From Dickeya dadantii NCPPB 898 (GTDB lineage Bacteria > Pseudomonadota > Gammaproteobacteria > Enterobacterales > Enterobacteriaceae): 32,000 nucleotides of DNA. The stretch is from assembly GCF_000406145.1 (NCBI RefSeq), contig NZ_CM001976.1, positions 1,237,263-1,269,262 of the forward strand. Reading direction: 5' to 3'. This document shows positions 28,560-32,000 of this stretch, piece after piece; position 1 is the first letter of the stretch, and each line of letters begins with the position of its first letter. The notes beneath the pieces are model-generated. The model saw only the letters and a list, made by a program, of their open reading frames with translations, was not told the DNA's origin and made no database searches. Position numbers and translations under genes: made by a program.

Positions 28560-29753
28560 ATGCTTAGGGTTGAGATGTTATGTACCGGCGATGAAGTGCT
28601 GCACGGCCAGATTGTGGATACCAACGCCGCCTGGCTGGCGGATTACCTGTTTTCACAGGGCGTGCCGATGACCAGCCGCATGACGGTGGGCGATAAGCTG
28701 GAGGAACTGGTGGCCGCGTTGACCGAGCGCAGCCAAATCGCCGATGTGCTGATCGTCAATGGCGGTCTGGGGCCGACCAGCGATGACCTCAGCTCGCTGG
28801 CGGCGGCCACGGCGGCCGGAGAAACGCTGGTCGAGCATGCCGAATGGATCGCCCGCATGGAAGCTTTCTTCACCGAGCGTGGCCGGGTCATGGCCGACAG
28901 CAACCGCAAACAGGCTCAATTGCCCGCCAGCGCTGAATTGGTGGATAACCCGGTCGGCACCGCCTGCGGTTTTGCGATGCAACTGAACCAGTGCCTGATG
29001 TTTTTCACCCCAGGCGTACCGTCTGAATTCAAAGTGATGGTGGAGCAGCAGATTCTGCCGCGCCTGCGTCAGCGTTTTGCCGTTGCCGAGCCGCCGTTGT
29101 GCCTGCGGCTGACCACTTTCGGCCGTTCCGAAAGCGATCTCGCCAGCCAGCTCGACGGACTGCCGCTGCCGCCGGACGTGGTGCTGGGGTATCGCTCCTC
29201 CATGCCGATTATCGAGCTGAAGCTGACCGGCCCGGCCACACGACGTGCGGAGATGGAAGCCGTGTGGGAAACGGTGCGCGACATTGCCGGTGAAAATGCG
29301 ATTTTCGAGGGCACCGATGGGCTGCCGGCGCAGCTGGCGCGCCGCCTTGGCGAGCGTGGGTTGCGTCTGACGGTGGCGGAAGACTTCACCGCCGGTCTGC
29401 TCAACTGGCAACTGCGTGAGGCGGATGTGCCGCTGTCCGGCGGCGAGCTACGGGTGGAGGACGAGGCGTTGACGCTGGCGGCCGTCGCCGGGGCGACCCA
29501 AACGCTGGCGCAACGCCATCAAACGGAACTGGCGCTGTACGTCGGCCGTTCTGATGACGGGGTTCTGACGCTGGCGTTGCACACCCCCGAAGGGACATTC
29601 GCCCAGACGATTCAGGTGAATGTGCGGCGTTATAGCCGTAAAACCCATCAGGATGTGGTGGCGATGCTGGCGATGAACATGCTGCGCCGCTGGCTTAATG
29701 GCTGGCCGGTGTATGGCGGTCATGGCTGGATCAGCGTGCTGGAGACGTTGTAA
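28560..29753 (+). CDS. yfaY: CinA-like competence/damage-inducible family protein YfaY (MoCF-binding domain)
   Basis: The track ORF is 28551..29753. I trimmed it to the ATG at 28560 ([31 protein letters not shown]...), which matches E. coli YfaY [31 protein letters not shown]. An AAGGAG sits 8 nt upstream. Confidence 0.9.
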   Translation: [397 protein letters not shown]

Positions 29754-29776
29754 GCCGCCGTCGGGAAACGCAGAGC

Positions 29777-29796
29777 GCGGGGGCAACGGCCCCCGC
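29777..29796. terminator. GC hairpin between convergent yfaY and cnoX (possible bidirectional terminator)
   Basis: gcgggggc (29777-29784), loop aacg, gcccccgc (29789-29796). There is no strong U-tract on either side. Confidence 0.45.
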
Positions 29797-29810
29797 AGTA
29801 ATGGTAGGGA

Positions 29811-30671
29811 TCAGTACAGCAGTGAGTACAACTGACGGCGATAGCGGGCTGCCAGCGCGTCGCCGGTGCCAAGCGCGGCCATGATGTCCATCATCGTTTT
29901 ACGGGCGTTGCCGCCGGCGGCGGTCAAATCTTTCTTCAGCATTCCCATCAGCAGTTCCAGCGCTTCTTCGTTGCGCCCGACCTGATGCAGTTGCAGGCTG
30001 AGCTGCACTGCCAGCTCCTGATTATCCGGCGAGGCCGCCAGTTGCTGCTGCAATTGCTGGATTTCCGGCGTATCCGCCGCCTGTTTCATCAGTTCGATTT
30101 GCGCCACCAGCCCGTGGTAACGGGTGTCCTGATCCTGCAGCGGGATCGCGTCCAGCACCGTTTGCGCGTCCTCGGTGCGGTTGAGCTGGATCTGCACTTC
30201 CGCCAACAGCAGCGCGATATCGCTGCGTTTGGCGTCCAGTTGCCAGGCGTCTTTCAGCAGTACGGCCGCCTCTTTCAACTGGTTTTCCTGGATCAACTGC
30301 TGAGCCTGCGCCAGTTTTAGGTCTTCGGCTTTGGGCAAGACCCGCTGCAGCAGGTCGCGGATAACCTCTTCCGGCTGCGGCCCCTGAAAACCGTCCACCG
30401 GCTGACCGTCCTTGAACAGATAAACCGTCGGGATGGCGCGCAGGCCGAACTGGGCCGCCACGCGCTGCTCGGCGTCGCAATCCACTTTGGCCAGAATAAA
30501 CTGACCGGCGTATTCCGCCGCCAGTTTGTCCAGCACCGGCTCCAGTTGCTGGCAATGGGTGCTGCGTTCGGACCAGAAATAGAACAGCACCGGGGCGCTC
30601 ATGGACTGTTCCAGCACCTGATGCAGGTTGGTCTCGTTGATATCAATCGTGGTGGCGTGTTGTTCTAACAT
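29811..30671 (-). CDS. cnoX: Chaperedoxin CnoX (YbbN): thioredoxin-like domain plus TPR
   Basis: This is the 286-aa ORF. It reads ...[17 protein letters not shown]... (SxxC in place of CxxC)...[28 protein letters not shown]...[10 protein letters not shown]. It is colinear with E. coli YbbN. Confidence 0.93.
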   Translation of the reverse strand: MLEQHATTIDINETNLHQVLEQSMSAPVLFYFWSERSTHCQQLEPVLDKLAAEYAGQFILAKVDCDAEQRVAAQFGLRAIPTVYLFKDGQPVDGFQGPQPEEVIRDLLQRVLPKAEDLKLAQAQQLIQENQLKEAAVLLKDAWQLDAKRSDIALLLAEVQIQLNRTEDAQTVLDAIPLQDQDTRYHGLVAQIELMKQAADTPEIQQLQQQLAASPDNQELAVQLSLQLHQVGRNEEALELLMGMLKKDLTAAGGNARKTMMDIMAALGTGDALAARYRRQLYSLLY

Positions 30672-30733
30672 GTCATTCTCTCTTAGCCGTTTCAGCCATT
30701 AATGGGGGCGATGTCCGCCACTTCAACCCCGAA

Positions 30734-31510
30734 TCAGGATTTTGTCCGCAACAGGTGATCAAGCACGCGGCCCGGCAACAGGCGACGCAGTACGGTGATA
30801 CCGTGGGCGAGCAGCGTCACCGGGTAGCGCAGTTTCGGGCGCGGGCTTTCCAGCGCGTGAATCAGTTTGGGCAGCACCGCTTCCGGCGGCAGGGTAAAGC
30901 GACTGGCGATGCCGGGGTTGGTGACCGGCTTATCCTGCTGCGTTTGATCGACATTGTGGGTGAACCTGGTGCTGATCGGGCCGGGTTCGATCAGTGATAC
31001 GTGCAAACCGCTGCCGTGCAGTTCCATGCGCAACGCGTCGGACCAGGCTTCCAGCGCGTATTTGCTGGCGGCGTAAGCGCCGCGCCCCGGGGTGGAGATC
31101 AACCCCATCACCGAGCTGGTCTGGATAATTCGCCCTTCGCCGTGAGGCAACATGGCCGGCAGCAGCAACTGGGTCAACTGATGAGTACCGAACAGATTGC
31201 TGGAGAATTGTTGCTCCAGTTGCTGACGGGAAATGGTGTTGAGCGGCCCGTACAACCCGTAACCGGCGTTGTTGAACAGGCCGTAGAGCCGGTTGCCGGT
31301 CAGGGTAATCACGACGTCGGCGGCCTGCCTGACGCTGGCGCTGCTGTCGAGATCCAGATCGATCCCCTCAAAACCCAGCGAGTTCATGCGCGCCACATCC
31401 TGATGACGGCGGCAGGCCGCCAGTACGCGATAGCCGCGTTGTTGCAAACATTGAGCGGCAATCAGGCCAATGCCGCTGGAGCAACCAGTAATCAAAACCG
31501 CTTTTTGCAT
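30734..31510 (-). CDS. ybbO: Short-chain dehydrogenase/reductase YbbO (NADP-dependent aldehyde reductase family)
   Basis: This is the 258-aa ORF. It has the Rossmann motif ITGCSSGIG and the catalytic YAASK. Its position between tesA and cnoX matches E. coli. Confidence 0.88.
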   Translation of the reverse strand: MQKAVLITGCSSGIGLIAAQCLQQRGYRVLAACRRHQDVARMNSLGFEGIDLDLDSSASVRQAADVVITLTGNRLYGLFNNAGYGLYGPLNTISRQQLEQQFSSNLFGTHQLTQLLLPAMLPHGEGRIIQTSSVMGLISTPGRGAYAASKYALEAWSDALRMELHGSGLHVSLIEPGPISTRFTHNVDQTQQDKPVTNPGIASRFTLPPEAVLPKLIHALESPRPKLRYPVTLLAHGITVLRRLLPGRVLDHLLRTKS

Positions 31511-31575
31511 AACTTTACCTAATGAAAACGCTTAAATATCAAGAGTCGTGGTTAACTAGTAATCTTTACTGACTT

Positions 31576-31723
31576 AGAACCTATCCCATTAGGACTATTA
31601 CTCGCTGCGCTCGCCCGTTGGGCCGGACAATTGCCTTGTCCGTTCAACATGTGTTGCGTGTTGTCTCAGCGGCTTCCCGTGTCCGAACTGGCTGCGCCAA
31701 TGACGCCTGATAGGATCGGTTCT
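31576..31723. mobile_element. MITE-like imperfect-palindromic intergenic repeat, copy B (148 bp)
   Basis: agaacctatcccattaggac (31576-31595) and cgcctgataggatcggttct (31704-31723) form degenerate terminal inverted repeats. The internal block cccgtgtccgaactggctgcgccaatg is shared with copy A. A central hairpin cggacaa-ttgcc-ttgtccg is present. Confidence 0.7.
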
Positions 31724-32000
31724 TAGTGCTGATTAACAACGGGTTCGAGCTGTTTTGCCATCCATCCGGCGATAAACGGCTGGGCATCGCGATTGGGATG
31801 GATGCCATCATCCTGCATCCATTCCGGTTTGAGATAAACCTGCTCCATGAAAAACGGCAGCAACGGAATATCAAACTTTTTGGCGAGGCGCGGATAAACA
31901 GCACTGAACGATTCGGTATAGCGTCGCCCGTAGTTGGCTGGCAAGCGGATTTGCATCAGCAGCGGTTGGGCGTTGGCCGTCTTGACCTGGGTAATGATGC
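31723..32000 (-). CDS. tesA: Multifunctional acyl-CoA thioesterase I / protease I / lysophospholipase L1 TesA; the 5' end runs off the window
   Basis: The C-terminal 92 codons are present: ...IITQVKTANAQPLLMQIRLPANYGRRYTESFSAVYPRLAKKFDIPLLPFFMEQVYLKPEWMQDDGIHPNRDAQPFIAGWMAKQLEPVVNQH. The GDSL-family block V motif DGIHP is present. It matches the E. coli TesA C-terminus. Confidence 0.92.
   Translation of the reverse strand, partial: IITQVKTANAQPLLMQIRLPANYGRRYTESFSAVYPRLAKKFDIPLLPFFMEQVYLKPEWMQDDGIHPNRDAQPFIAGWMAKQLEPVVNQH

Overview
This window looks like core chromosome from an Enterobacterales genome. GC is about 57%, and the gene content and protein similarity fit a Pectobacteriaceae/Dickeya-like organism, which is an inference. 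About 90% of it is well-conserved housekeeping genes. In order they are: copA (truncated at the left edge) divergent from cueR; ybbJ-qmcA; yfaE-nrdB-nrdA; ubiG; gyrA; the Rcs phosphorelay genes rcsC / rcsB-rcsD; the menFDHBCE menaquinone operon; yfaZ; yfaY; cnoX(ybbN)-ybbO; and tesA (truncated at the right edge).

I found no transposase, integrase, phage, CRISPR, toxin-antitoxin or defence genes, and I cannot support any claim of a new multi-gene system here. The interesting signals are small-scale:
1. A -1 programmed-frameshift cassette inside copA (slippery heptamer, immediate -1-frame stop, 10-bp stem-loop). It would make a two-HMA-domain CopA(Z)-like copper chaperone.
2. An unannotated micF-like sRNA upstream of rcsD, hidden under a spurious 86-aa ORF. 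It has no adjacent ompC. Next to it lies a roughly 600-bp ORF-free region that looks like a decayed porin control region.
3. A membrane-protein ORF with good codon usage that ends 4 nt before the rcsD start codon.
4. Two copies of a roughly 147-bp MITE-like palindromic repeat.
5. Several short tandem duplications and arrays: a copA linker repeat, an array in the cueR-ybbJ spacer, and duplications at both ends of ubiG.
6. A gene order that is a mosaic of two distant E. coli K-12 regions.

All homology statements come from reading the translations and from my memory of E. coli sequences. No database search was run.
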